59,357 bases of DNA from a virus. Taxonomy: Duplodnaviria > Caudoviricetes. Position numbers and translations under genes: made by a program. The DNA lies in the IMG/VR virus record IMGVR_UViG_3300028840_003776, positions 1 through 59,357 of that record. One strand, 5' to 3'. Positions within the stretch are counted from its first letter, which is position 1; every line of letters starts with the position of its first letter. Shown piece by piece: positions 33,004 through 41,511 of the stretch. Below the pieces are notes generated by a model. It was not told the DNA's origin. It saw only the letters and a program-made list of their open reading frames with translations, and did no database searches.

Positions 33004-33153
33004 GGTGGAGCTACCAAGGATTTGCACCTTGGATAATAGACTTTAAGAAGTTATCAACTTCTCAGAGTCGCCTTTGGCTACTATATTAAACCCTGATTAA
33101 AAGGTTTATGTCTATCTACACTCAACAGAGTCTACCTTTTCCTCCATAGCTCC
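33004..33153 (-). ncRNA. tRNA-like RNA with expanded central domain
   Basis: Acceptor stem GGAGCTA/TAGCTCC followed by ACC, Leu-type D arm, T arm CCAAGG-TGCAAAT-CCTTGG, ~95 nt central region with three hairpins. Confidence 0.7.
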
Positions 33154-33159
33154 ATAAAA

Positions 33160-33765
33160 AAGGCCTCGGTCAGACCCTATTGTTATCTACCCGATGCAAA
33201 TGCATCCTGCCGAATAAGATAGATAAACCAAACGGATGGCACAAATTTTCAATAGTTATACCATCCGCTCATTTCCATTCAAGGAGAACAAAAATCCTTA
33301 AATCAGTGGGACGGCGGATTAAATATGCAAACACAACCGTCCCATATTAGTTAAACCAATGCTTACTTGACTACTGATATCATCTTTCAGCGTTTTTCGG
33401 CAATTACAATTCCTTAGAGGAGTTCCGGATTGCTACTCCTAATCTACTGCATACTACCGTCCACTACTTTTATTTTGCGCTTAGTGGTCATGCGACTTGT
33501 TTATAAACCAAAGCAGTCAATACCGGTCTGTACAGGTTGGGGATAGACATGACCAGAGATATTGACTGCATTTTTATATATGCTTGAAATAAGCCAAAAC
33601 AGCCAGCACCGGCCTTCATCAACAGAACGGAATACCGGGGAATGGCTGGCTGTAAAATATTTGAAGTTAGTTATTGTTACCATGAAAAGGAAACCAAAAG
33701 GGTAGTTAGCATAAGACTAAAAACACTAACTACCCACGACATTATTTACCTTTAGGAGGATTTTA
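33160..33765 (-). ncRNA. Structured non-coding hairpin array
   Basis: At least seven inverted-repeat stems and five copies of a TTGGYTT motif; no credible ORF. Confidence 0.6.
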
Positions 33766-33769
33766 ATAT

Positions 33770-34201
33770 CTATTCTACGCAGACCTTTGAGATCCAACCT
33801 AACTTGGTTTTATACCAAACAATATTTTTATCTATAATTTTAATAGCTGCTCCGCCTTTTACTGTGCCATCAAGTGTATCTTCTGCCTTTCGAGGTTCAG
33901 TTCTTAAGGCTGCTCCTTGATGTAGTACAACGCCATCACCAACATATTTAGAATACATCCATCCTTTATCGCCTACACGGGTTGAAGTACTTTTCTTATC
34001 TTTACCTTTTATGACTTCGATATAAATATAATCAGCCCATGCTTCGAGAACTTCCAGTTCCGTACCGGGTTTCGCAGAATCGATAATCTCAGATTTTGCA
34101 CTATGATTTTTTCGAACATTTGCCCATTCTTTAATTGTAATAGTCTCAGCTGCAAAAATTACTGATACCATAATTAATGTTAACATTAAAAGTTTTTTCA
34201 T
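33770..34201 (-). CDS. Secreted SH3b-domain protein
   Basis: Signal peptide (..VIFA), ANVRKNHS..SEII, GWMYSKYV, LRTEP, WYKTKLGWIS. Confidence 0.75.
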   Translation of the reverse strand: MKKLLMLTLIMVSVIFAAETITIKEWANVRKNHSAKSEIIDSAKPGTELEVLEAWADYIYIEVIKGKDKKSTSTRVGDKGWMYSKYVGDGVVLHQGAALRTEPRKAEDTLDGTVKGGAAIKIIDKNIVWYKTKLGWISKVCVE

Positions 34202-34229
34202 TTATTAATCTCCTAAATTATTTTTACTT

Positions 34230-34258
34230 ATTATATAATACTTACATACTGATGTCAA
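34230..34258 (-). promoter_or_regulatory. Sigma70-type promoter for the SH3/ncRNA/J-domain insert
   Basis: TTGACA-17 nt-TATAAT immediately after the terL stop. Confidence 0.85.
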
Positions 34259-35752
34259 TTAATATCGATCATCATCCAATAAATAATCAATATTATTAGT
34301 ACCAAAGGATTCTTGTATAATAGGTCCACTCCCTGATAATTCAGTCAATGCCCATACCAAAGCGTCAAGCCTGTTAGGTGATCTTCCTTGACCTGCATAT
34401 GTAGTTAATTCTTCCTCTAATTTATAAAAATTTCCTACGTGATGTACTAATCCCTGAGAATACAAGGCAGCAATTGGTTCAGCCCTTATTAATTTTCCTC
34501 TTGAAGCATTTACATCTTTATAAAAAACCTTCTCCCCGCTTGGTACAGTTCTAATTGTTCTTTCAACCATTGCACCACCATAATTTTTTTCTGCAACCAT
34601 TACATTACATTTATATTTTTCATAATTCTCTACTGCTTTTTTCGCCCATTGCTCAGGGGAGCCGTTTAAAGTTGCATCTTCAAGAACATAATAATGCTCC
34701 TCTTTTCTCGCACAAACCAAGATACCTATTGCATCAGCGGTACTGTCTTCTGCTCCATCATCTCCGGAAGGATCTACGCCAATTACTATCTCAGTCACAT
34801 CTTTTGGCAATTCCATCACTCGATATTTATCGATAATATCCTCATCCCATAAAGCACCTTCGATTTTATATTTTTCCGGATCTTGCATATATTGACACCA
34901 GTAAGTCCTTTTATGGCTCATTAATGATTGCCTATGTTCTTCGGAATGTTTAGCTATCCAAAGCCAACCGTTAGGTAAATTGTGTTTAATTGGGATACCA
35001 AATTTATATTCAGGGTTATATTCTTGGTCACGATCAATAAATACAGGAAGATTTAAGTGATGCCATTTTTCACCGCTTCCGCCCCTCAATAAATACCCTG
35101 TTAAGTCGTTTTTATGTATTCTTTGGTGTATCACAATTATTGGCACATTTTCATTTGCTAATCGTGACTTAATAGTTTCATTAAATCGATTATTTACCTT
35201 CTTTCTCTCTTCATAAAGAGCATCGTCTGGCTTAACCGGGTCGTCAATAATTAATGCTCCGCTAAATCCCTTATCCATGTGACCAGCTCTGAAACCTGTT
35301 ACCTGCCCTCCTGCAGAAGTTGCATATACCCCACCTCCCTGTAAAGTCCACCATTTTTTCTTAGAATCTGAATCTTCCTTAATTTCGATGTTCCACATCG
35401 CTTTATATATGCCTGATTTAATGATATTCCTTGCTACAGAAGAGTTTTCGAGGGCAAGGCTATCAGAATACGATAAATGCAGGAAACGTGCCTTAGCGTT
35501 CAAGGATAAGCCTCGTGCTATAAAATTTATAACAGCCAGCTCAGTTTTCGTATATCCGGGAGGAACGTTGATAATTAATCGCTTAATATCGCCATTTATA
35601 ACCCTTTCTAATGTATCTTGTATTAACTTATGATGGGGCGATATAATCATTTTACTGCTATATCTCTGTTTAAAGAAATAACGGGCAAAATAAAGGCCGT
35701 CAATTTCACATTCTAACTTTCTGACAGCATTCATTTCTTCAACAGTCGTCAT
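34259..35752 (-). CDS. terL: Terminase large subunit
   Basis: Walker A NVPPGYTKT, Walker B LIIDDP, YMQDP, nuclease IGVDPSG, EKNYGG, SPNRLDALVWA. Confidence 0.95.
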   Translation of the reverse strand: MTTVEEMNAVRKLECEIDGLYFARYFFKQRYSSKMIISPHHKLIQDTLERVINGDIKRLIINVPPGYTKTELAVINFIARGLSLNAKARFLHLSYSDSLALENSSVARNIIKSGIYKAMWNIEIKEDSDSKKKWWTLQGGGVYATSAGGQVTGFRAGHMDKGFSGALIIDDPVKPDDALYEERKKVNNRFNETIKSRLANENVPIIVIHQRIHKNDLTGYLLRGGSGEKWHHLNLPVFIDRDQEYNPEYKFGIPIKHNLPNGWLWIAKHSEEHRQSLMSHKRTYWCQYMQDPEKYKIEGALWDEDIIDKYRVMELPKDVTEIVIGVDPSGDDGAEDSTADAIGILVCARKEEHYYVLEDATLNGSPEQWAKKAVENYEKYKCNVMVAEKNYGGAMVERTIRTVPSGEKVFYKDVNASRGKLIRAEPIAALYSQGLVHHVGNFYKLEEELTTYAGQGRSPNRLDALVWALTELSGSGPIIQESFGTNNIDYLLDDDRY

Positions 35753-36242
35753 GTTTAATCATCTCCTCCCTTATCCTCATATAATCATCTTTATTAATAT
35801 TGCACACTACTGAGGCAACTTTAGCTTCAATATTCGTTACAAATGAATGATTAAATTTCCCGATCAATTCGATATATTCTTTTCTCGTTTTAAAATCAAC
35901 TTGATTTTCTTTGTGATACTCATACCTCTCATTTCCGTATTTATTATTACCGATCTTCTCCTGATGCACTTTAGTCACAAAAGCGTTAGTGCCTTCATGG
36001 AGTTTCTTTGCTATATACTCTTCAGTTAATCCGGCCTTTTCAAGGGCTAATTGAAGCGAATTTCGTGGTTTCCCGTGGACTTTACGATATAAATCACCTG
36101 ATTGAACAGTTGCTTCAGCATACCCAGCCTGCCTGCCTGCATCGGCTATTGTCATTGTGGGATTCTTTGCAAGGAGGTCGAAGAATTTGGCCTCTCTTGG
36201 GGTCAATTTCCGCTTCTTCTTTTCTTTATTGAATAATGCCAT
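35739..36242 (-). CDS. terS: Terminase small subunit
   Basis: LTPREAKF..A.RQAGYA HTH; overlaps the terL start. Confidence 0.8.
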   Translation of the reverse strand: MALFNKEKKKRKLTPREAKFFDLLAKNPTMTIADAGRQAGYAEATVQSGDLYRKVHGKPRNSLQLALEKAGLTEEYIAKKLHEGTNAFVTKVHQEKIGNNKYGNERYEYHKENQVDFKTRKEYIELIGKFNHSFVTNIEAKVASVVCNINKDDYMRIREEMIKHDDC

Positions 36243-36245
36243 AAA

Positions 36246-36848
36246 TTAAATCTGTGTAAATTTACATGACTTATACTGCTCACATATTTCTTTTATCTTA
36301 GGTACCATTTTCCAATCTTTTTTATCAACTGTTATAGCGATTTTAATTATATTATCGTCCTTATCAGATCCGGCACCTGTGTCTTTGAATTGTTTCCAGT
36401 CAAAATTCATAAGTGCAATCTGCCTATCAAGCTCTTCCTGTGAATAAGGCATAGTTACTTCAAGGTCTTTTATATCAATTTCTTTCTGTAAATCAGATAT
36501 AATCTCAGCTAATTTTATATTGTCAGTCTCAAATTTAGTCTCATTTGTCTCAATAGCAATTCTTTTAGCCTGCAGCTCTGAAATCTCCCCGAAGTCATAC
36601 GCCATTACTTTGGCCATATTGAGCTTATTAAATACATCAAGCCTATGGTTTCCGTTTAATACTTCCCATTCATATTTGCCTTTTATTCTTCTGATAAGGA
36701 TATTTTCGACCTGACCGTTCTTTTTTATCTGATTAAGGAGCTTTTGGGACAGTTCCTCATTTTCTGTCTTATAATTCCAAGCAGCTTTTTTTAAAAATTT
36801 AATCTCTATTTCTTTCCATTCTCCCATACGATTCCTCTCTTTGTCCAT
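36246..36848 (-). CDS. ParB/Srx N-terminal domain protein
   Basis: WNYK, IKKNGQVENILIR, VLNGNHRL; true start probably MGEWKE. Confidence 0.85.
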   Translation of the reverse strand: MDKERNRMGEWKEIEIKFLKKAAWNYKTENEELSQKLLNQIKKNGQVENILIRRIKGKYEWEVLNGNHRLDVFNKLNMAKVMAYDFGEISELQAKRIAIETNETKFETDNIKLAEIISDLQKEIDIKDLEVTMPYSQEELDRQIALMNFDWKQFKDTGAGSDKDDNIIKIAITVDKKDWKMVPKIKEICEQYKSCKFTQI

Positions 36849-37654
36849 AAGTCGGTATAATACTTTTCCATCAATGAAAATTGTTCTGCGCTATAAATTG
36901 CTGTATAACCCTCAAAATTACCCTGTAAGCTAACCTGTTTTAATAACTTAACTGGCAGCCTCCTCACAACAGCTTCTTTATCTACATGGGTTGCGATTCG
37001 TTTTAATCTACCATTCTTGAACTCGAATACTTGTCCGAATCTCTCCGAAGATACCCAGCTTGAGCTATCAGAGGAGAAAAAAGGGTACTTATTGAACATA
37101 TCATCCTTTGTTACGCCCAAAGCGTGTACTTTGACCTTATCTATCTGCTTCGTATCAAGCAAGTATCTAAAAAATCCATTCAGATAATTTTTATACCTTA
37201 CATCATCTGAAGTCTTAAAATTTGCCGTCCAAGATATCGCTATATAAGGATATATATCAATAAAGGCTTGGATTTGCTGCAGACTCATTTTATCAGATAC
37301 GATTCCTATAGTCGGTATACCTTCTGAGGTTAATGCTTTAAAATTATCTAATTGTTCTTCATAAGTGCCTTGATCAAGGGTGAAAAAATAACTACAAGAA
37401 TCAATATTCGCTTTACAAAAGTCTATATATTTATCCAAGGGCAATATTTCATCCTTCTGCCTTGCAGTAAATACTCCGCTATCAATAACAATTTTTTTAT
37501 TTATTTTACTACATAAGTCCTTAATGATACTAAATCTATCACTCTGCTTTGACTTAATATAATAATATGAGATTAAAATATCATTCTTTACTTTAGTATT
37601 TTTGAGCAAAAATTCAGTTCTTTTATCTAGATTTGTTGCCAGAAATATCTTCAT
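36806..37654 (-). CDS. dpdA: tRNA-guanine transglycosylase-like DNA base-exchange enzyme (DpdA-like)
   Basis: IDSGVFT, FTLD, VHALG and SSDSSSW TGT-fold motifs; deazaguanine pathway context. Confidence 0.75.
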   Translation of the reverse strand: MKIFLATNLDKRTEFLLKNTKVKNDILISYYYIKSKQSDRFSIIKDLCSKINKKIVIDSGVFTARQKDEILPLDKYIDFCKANIDSCSYFFTLDQGTYEEQLDNFKALTSEGIPTIGIVSDKMSLQQIQAFIDIYPYIAISWTANFKTSDDVRYKNYLNGFFRYLLDTKQIDKVKVHALGVTKDDMFNKYPFFSSDSSSWVSSERFGQVFEFKNGRLKRIATHVDKEAVVRRLPVKLLKQVSLQGNFEGYTAIYSAEQFSLMEKYYTDLWTKRGIVWENGKK

Positions 37655-38403
37655 ACTGAATTATACTCCTGAAGTACTGAATTGCTTAATCTTAATAACC
37701 TTAATGTCCTTGAAACTAATTCTTTAGTCGTCTTTTGCAGGTTATAAGTTTTCTTCTGCGTATCTAAATGAAAAGCTAATGCCTTGCTGGCCATATAAAC
37801 CTTTTTATCGTTTTCTTTTAAAATTTGCCCTGCGATCCAATCTTCCCCTAATGTAGTTTCTTTCTCTACTTCAGGGAATATATCAATATCTAATTTCTTT
37901 TTATTAAATAAAGTGTTACCTAAATCAAGATGTATCCTTTCAAGTGAAAAATCAGTCTCATATATTGCAAAAGGATTATTGCTTTTTTCTTTTGTCGGCT
38001 CAATCGAATAATCTTTATAACTATGTCTGTTAGAAACATCGACTTTACAACCTACAACCGCAGCACATCTCCTGTACTTAATTGTTTTCACTAATTGATA
38101 TAGGCAAACAGGCATATAATATACATCACTATTTAAAAACCAAATATAATCTGACTCAACACTAATCATTTGTCTGTACATATTAACCATACCAGTGTCT
38201 TTGTCAATTCTTATCTCAACCTTAATAAAGTTTGCTCTAAGTAAGGCGATCACTTGTTCAAAATAAAATTCAGAAATATTTAATATATTTCCCTGTACAA
38301 AAATAACTACTTTTTTAGGTTTTAATATCTGCCCTGCAAGTGAAGATAGAGTAAGTAAGGTTTCTGCCCCTACCGATCGCAATCCGACTACTGCTGTTGC
38401 CAT
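37651..38403 (-). CDS. GT-A fold glycosyltransferase (GT2-like)
   Basis: YIWFLNSDV (degenerate DxD), GEDW, AFHL. Confidence 0.65.
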   Translation of the reverse strand: MATAVVGLRSVGAETLLTLSSLAGQILKPKKVVIFVQGNILNISEFYFEQVIALLRANFIKVEIRIDKDTGMVNMYRQMISVESDYIWFLNSDVYYMPVCLYQLVKTIKYRRCAAVVGCKVDVSNRHSYKDYSIEPTKEKSNNPFAIYETDFSLERIHLDLGNTLFNKKKLDIDIFPEVEKETTLGEDWIAGQILKENDKKVYMASKALAFHLDTQKKTYNLQKTTKELVSRTLRLLRLSNSVLQEYNSV

Positions 38404-39470
38404 TAAATTAGCCCCATTAATTGTAAATATCGCTCAACTGACTTATCATAATACTCAGGAATTTTTAATAATTCTTTATCGAAAATAGAGTGCCTATCAA
38501 TAACCTCAGCTGCACTTTCTGCACTTCTTGGCTCATATAAATACTCTGCTGGTAAGTATTCAGGGAAACTACGATACTTTGGGTAAATAGGAATGCAATG
38601 ATAAGTCAAACTTTCAAGTAATGTCCAACTAAGCCAATCTTGGTAAGCTGTATTTAACTGATACTTTGACTTCATCAATTCATTGTAGTATTGTTTTTTT
38701 GTAAGACCGGTTTTAATTGTGATAATACCTTTCTTTTCCGCAGCTTTAAATTCCTTAACAATAATTGGCCTATTTGATCGCAATTCCTTAGCAGAGGTCG
38801 TAATAACAAATTCATACCTAGATTTAAGCATTTCTGCGATTCTAAGCACTAGCATAGGATTTTTCTCGGAGTCTAATCTTGATGTATATATAATTTGATT
38901 TTTCTTTGCTGAGACGTTCCTAGGGGCAAATTTGAGCAACTCCTGAAGATTATAGGGCAATCCTCCGAAAAATACGTTTTTTAGACCAGCTTCTGTACAT
39001 AAGTCGATTAAATACTCACTTGTACAAAAAACGCCTGACATATAATTAGATTGACCTATTTCGTAATGCCTCATCCAATTTTTCATTTTATATGTAAAGT
39101 CATACTTGTCAACTGACTGGGCATGGAGCATTGCATAAATTTTGATACTAATCCCCAGTTGACTACATATATAAGGAATTGCCTCAATGCCGGGTGTCCA
39201 AAAATCATCAAGGTATAATATATCCCCATCTTTAATTTTTCCTGACTTAATCAATTTAACTACTTTTGCAATCTGAGTCAGCGAATAATAACTCCGATTA
39301 TAACAATCTAATACTTGACCATTTCTAATATCTTTCCCTAATGACTCTCCCTCTACTCTCATAAACTTAATTTTATATTTTTTGAGCTTACTTTCAAACC
39401 ATCCATTTTTTGAACTTAATAATATAGTGTACCGCTCCTTATAAGGCTCCAAAGGCAAATAAACTAACAT
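38403..39470 (-). CDS. GT-B fold glycosyltransferase
   Basis: DFWTPG, LHAQSVD, SRLDSEKNP, LLES...P..RSFPE. Confidence 0.8.
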   Translation of the reverse strand: MLVYLPLEPYKERYTILLSSKNGWFESKLKKYKIKFMRVEGESLGKDIRNGQVLDCYNRSYYSLTQIAKVVKLIKSGKIKDGDILYLDDFWTPGIEAIPYICSQLGISIKIYAMLHAQSVDKYDFTYKMKNWMRHYEIGQSNYMSGVFCTSEYLIDLCTEAGLKNVFFGGLPYNLQELLKFAPRNVSAKKNQIIYTSRLDSEKNPMLVLRIAEMLKSRYEFVITTSAKELRSNRPIIVKEFKAAEKKGIITIKTGLTKKQYYNELMKSKYQLNTAYQDWLSWTLLESLTYHCIPIYPKYRSFPEYLPAEYLYEPRSAESAAEVIDRHSIFDKELLKIPEYYDKSVERYLQLMGLI

Positions 39471-39772
39471 ACTTCTGCTCCATTTTCATTATCTTCAAGT
39501 ACTGAGCAATAAGATAGTCTAAATTTATTAAACAAATTACTTGCAATCAATTCACAACTTGCTGTATCCCAAGAATTACTTTTTAAATATTCAAGTATTT
39601 TTCTCTTCAAACTTATTATCTCAATCTGTCTCTCTGTATGCTCAACTTTTTTCTTACAAGTAATATAAAATATATGTCTATGAGGATATTTCAAATACTC
39701 TACTTCAGGCAAATTGCATTCTGGCCATCTATGTATAGCCTCAAATTGTAACTTCACTATAATATTGATCAT
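39464..39772 (-). CDS. QueD-like T-fold paralogue (DpdL-like)
   Basis: EAIHRWP, LKYPHRHIF (LxxxHRHxF), SCELIA, EDNENGA. Confidence 0.7.
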   Translation of the reverse strand: MINIIVKLQFEAIHRWPECNLPEVEYLKYPHRHIFYITCKKKVEHTERQIEIISLKRKILEYLKSNSWDTASCELIASNLFNKFRLSYCSVLEDNENGAEVC

Positions 39773-40647
39773 TTTACTAATCCTATGAACTCTGTCCTTG
39801 CTTCTTTCTTTTCAAGGAATACGCCCTTTAAGCTAGATGTTACCATTTTACTTTTTTGTTTTTCTACACCTCTTGAAGTCATACAAAAATGCTGAGCCTC
39901 AAGGATACATCCAGCTCCTTTGGCATTAAGCGATTCCATTATAAAACATGTAATTTGCTCCCCGATTCTTTCTTGAATTTGGAGGCGACGAGAAAACACC
40001 TCAAGCAAACGGGCAAGTTTTGATACTCCGAGTACTTTGTCTTTCGGAATATATGCAATATGAGCCTTCCCAAAAAACGGTAACATATGATGTTCACAAG
40101 TAGAATAAAATTCAATATCCTTAAGCAACACCATTTGATTATATGTTTCCTTATCGAAAACTTTAAGTAATTTTTTAGGGTCTTCATTGTATCCTCCATA
40201 TAATTTTTGCCAAGATTTTCTTACTCTCTCAGGCGTTTCTTTTAAACCTTCTCGATTAGGATTTTCTCCGATAAATTCAATCTGCCTAATAACTGTATCT
40301 TCAATATCGTTTTCTTTTTCCCAAGGGAATTTTATCCAACCCTCAATCTTTTCTGCATAATACGTGACTTCATTTTCTTTGTTATTCTTTACTAATAAAA
40401 CTGCTTTATCATTATCATAGTTAGACAAAGTTTTACCGCTATCAATAATATCATCAACTATTAAACTATGTGACTTTAAATAATTGGATATAGGAATCTG
40501 TAGAATATTACTTAATACAACTGCTACAGGATAACCTCCCATTGGAACAGGCCATATCTCAGAATATTTTTTACCTGAGTCAATTATAGTACCTGCTAAT
40601 TTTACTGTATGGAGATCAATTTCTGTATTTGTAAGCTTAACTTGCAT
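39769..40647 (-). CDS. folE: Phosphoribosyltransferase-GTP cyclohydrolase I fusion
   Basis: N-terminal VPMGG, LIVDDIIDSGKT, WIKFPWE; C-terminal REGLKETPERV, STCEHHMLPF, RRLQIQE, HFCMTSRGV. Confidence 0.93.
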   Translation of the reverse strand: MQVKLTNTEIDLHTVKLAGTIIDSGKKYSEIWPVPMGGYPVAVVLSNILQIPISNYLKSHSLIVDDIIDSGKTLSNYDNDKAVLLVKNNKENEVTYYAEKIEGWIKFPWEKENDIEDTVIRQIEFIGENPNREGLKETPERVRKSWQKLYGGYNEDPKKLLKVFDKETYNQMVLLKDIEFYSTCEHHMLPFFGKAHIAYIPKDKVLGVSKLARLLEVFSRRLQIQERIGEQITCFIMESLNAKGAGCILEAQHFCMTSRGVEKQKSKMVTSSLKGVFLEKKEARTEFIGLVK

Positions 40648-41180
40648 TCTGGATACTCCTTAATTATCCTAACACATTTATCTATATATTCTTTTTTATT
40701 GCTTTCTGGTTGAAGATAAATATCAAAAGCATACTTAAAAGAATCCATTATTCTATCTATGTTAAATTTTTCTCCAACTATATACTTAACTTCATTTGTA
40801 AAAAAAGGATAATAAGAATAATCATTTTCTTTTTTCGGCGAACAGGTTATCCAGTCGGCTATTATTTTTTGTGTTCCATTAGTTTCAACTTGTACATAAT
40901 AACCTCTTTCTTTTAATTTAAGAATAAATTGATTTATATTAGGCACAATTCCCGGCTCGCCTCCAGTTAATACAATATGAGAATATTGCTCATATTTTTT
41001 AATTTCTTTTATAATATCGCCAAATGTCATTAATTTGAAAGTTTGATGTTTAGTATCACAAAAAGGACAACTTAAATTGCAGCCTGAAAATCTTATAAAG
41101 ATTACTGCTTGACCAGTATAAAATCCTTCCCCTTGGATTGATATGAAAATTTCATTAATTTTATAATTCATAGATCGCAA
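40602..41180 (-). CDS. queE: 7-carboxy-7-deazaguanine synthase (radical SAM)
   Basis: EIFISIQGEG, RFSGCNLSCPFCDT, LTGGEP, VETNGT, CSPK, LSLQIQK. Confidence 0.93.
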   Translation of the reverse strand: MRSMNYKINEIFISIQGEGFYTGQAVIFIRFSGCNLSCPFCDTKHQTFKLMTFGDIIKEIKKYEQYSHIVLTGGEPGIVPNINQFILKLKERGYYVQVETNGTQKIIADWITCSPKKENDYSYYPFFTNEVKYIVGEKFNIDRIMDSFKYAFDIYLQPESNKKEYIDKCVRIIKEYPECKLSLQIQKLISIQ

Positions 41181-41511
41181 TATTCTTTGGTGTTTCTGCT
41201 ACTGAAATTTTAATATTTTGTACTTTAAATTTATCTTTTAATTCATTCGCCCAGTACCATGCTAAATGTTCTGCTGTAGGATTTGATTTTAATTCCTTTG
41301 GTAGCTTGTCATTTAAATAACAATGATCAAATTGATTAAAATATTTTTTAATTTCACTAAAATCAATTATCATGCCATTACAGATTGTTTTATCATTTTT
41401 GATTTCTATATCAATTTCCCATCTATGACCATGTAAATTATTACACTTGCTTTCGTATGGTAGCTCTAATTTATGAGCAGAATCTATTGAAACATGAGTT
41501 TTAATTATCAT
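41161..41511 (-). CDS. queD: 6-carboxytetrahydropterin synthase
   Basis: SAHKL, CNNLHGH, GMIIDF, DHCYLND, PTAE, ETP. Confidence 0.93.
   Translation of the reverse strand: MIIKTHVSIDSAHKLELPYESKCNNLHGHRWEIDIEIKNDKTICNGMIIDFSEIKKYFNQFDHCYLNDKLPKELKSNPTAEHLAWYWANELKDKFKVQNIKISVAETPKNIAIYEL

Noticed and set aside
33004-33153. tmRNA or canonical tRNA (including a CTTTTAA Lys-like loop)
   Set aside because: No G3-U70 pair, no tag ORF, too short for tmRNA; the CTTTTAA is not in a correctly placed anticodon arm.
33501-33683. 60-aa minus-strand ORF in the array
   Set aside because: No RBS, atypical composition, and it crosses several strong hairpins; likely spurious.
33160-33765. CRISPR array interpretation of the hairpin region
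   Set aside because: No repeated 25-40 bp unit; stems differ in sequence; spacing is irregular; no cas genes.
33160-33765. Apparent enrichment of anti-start-codon and anti-Shine-Dalgarno sequences in the array
   Set aside because: About 10 ATG and 3 GGAG on the + strand in 600 nt is near chance for this composition, so it is not evidence of antisense targeting.
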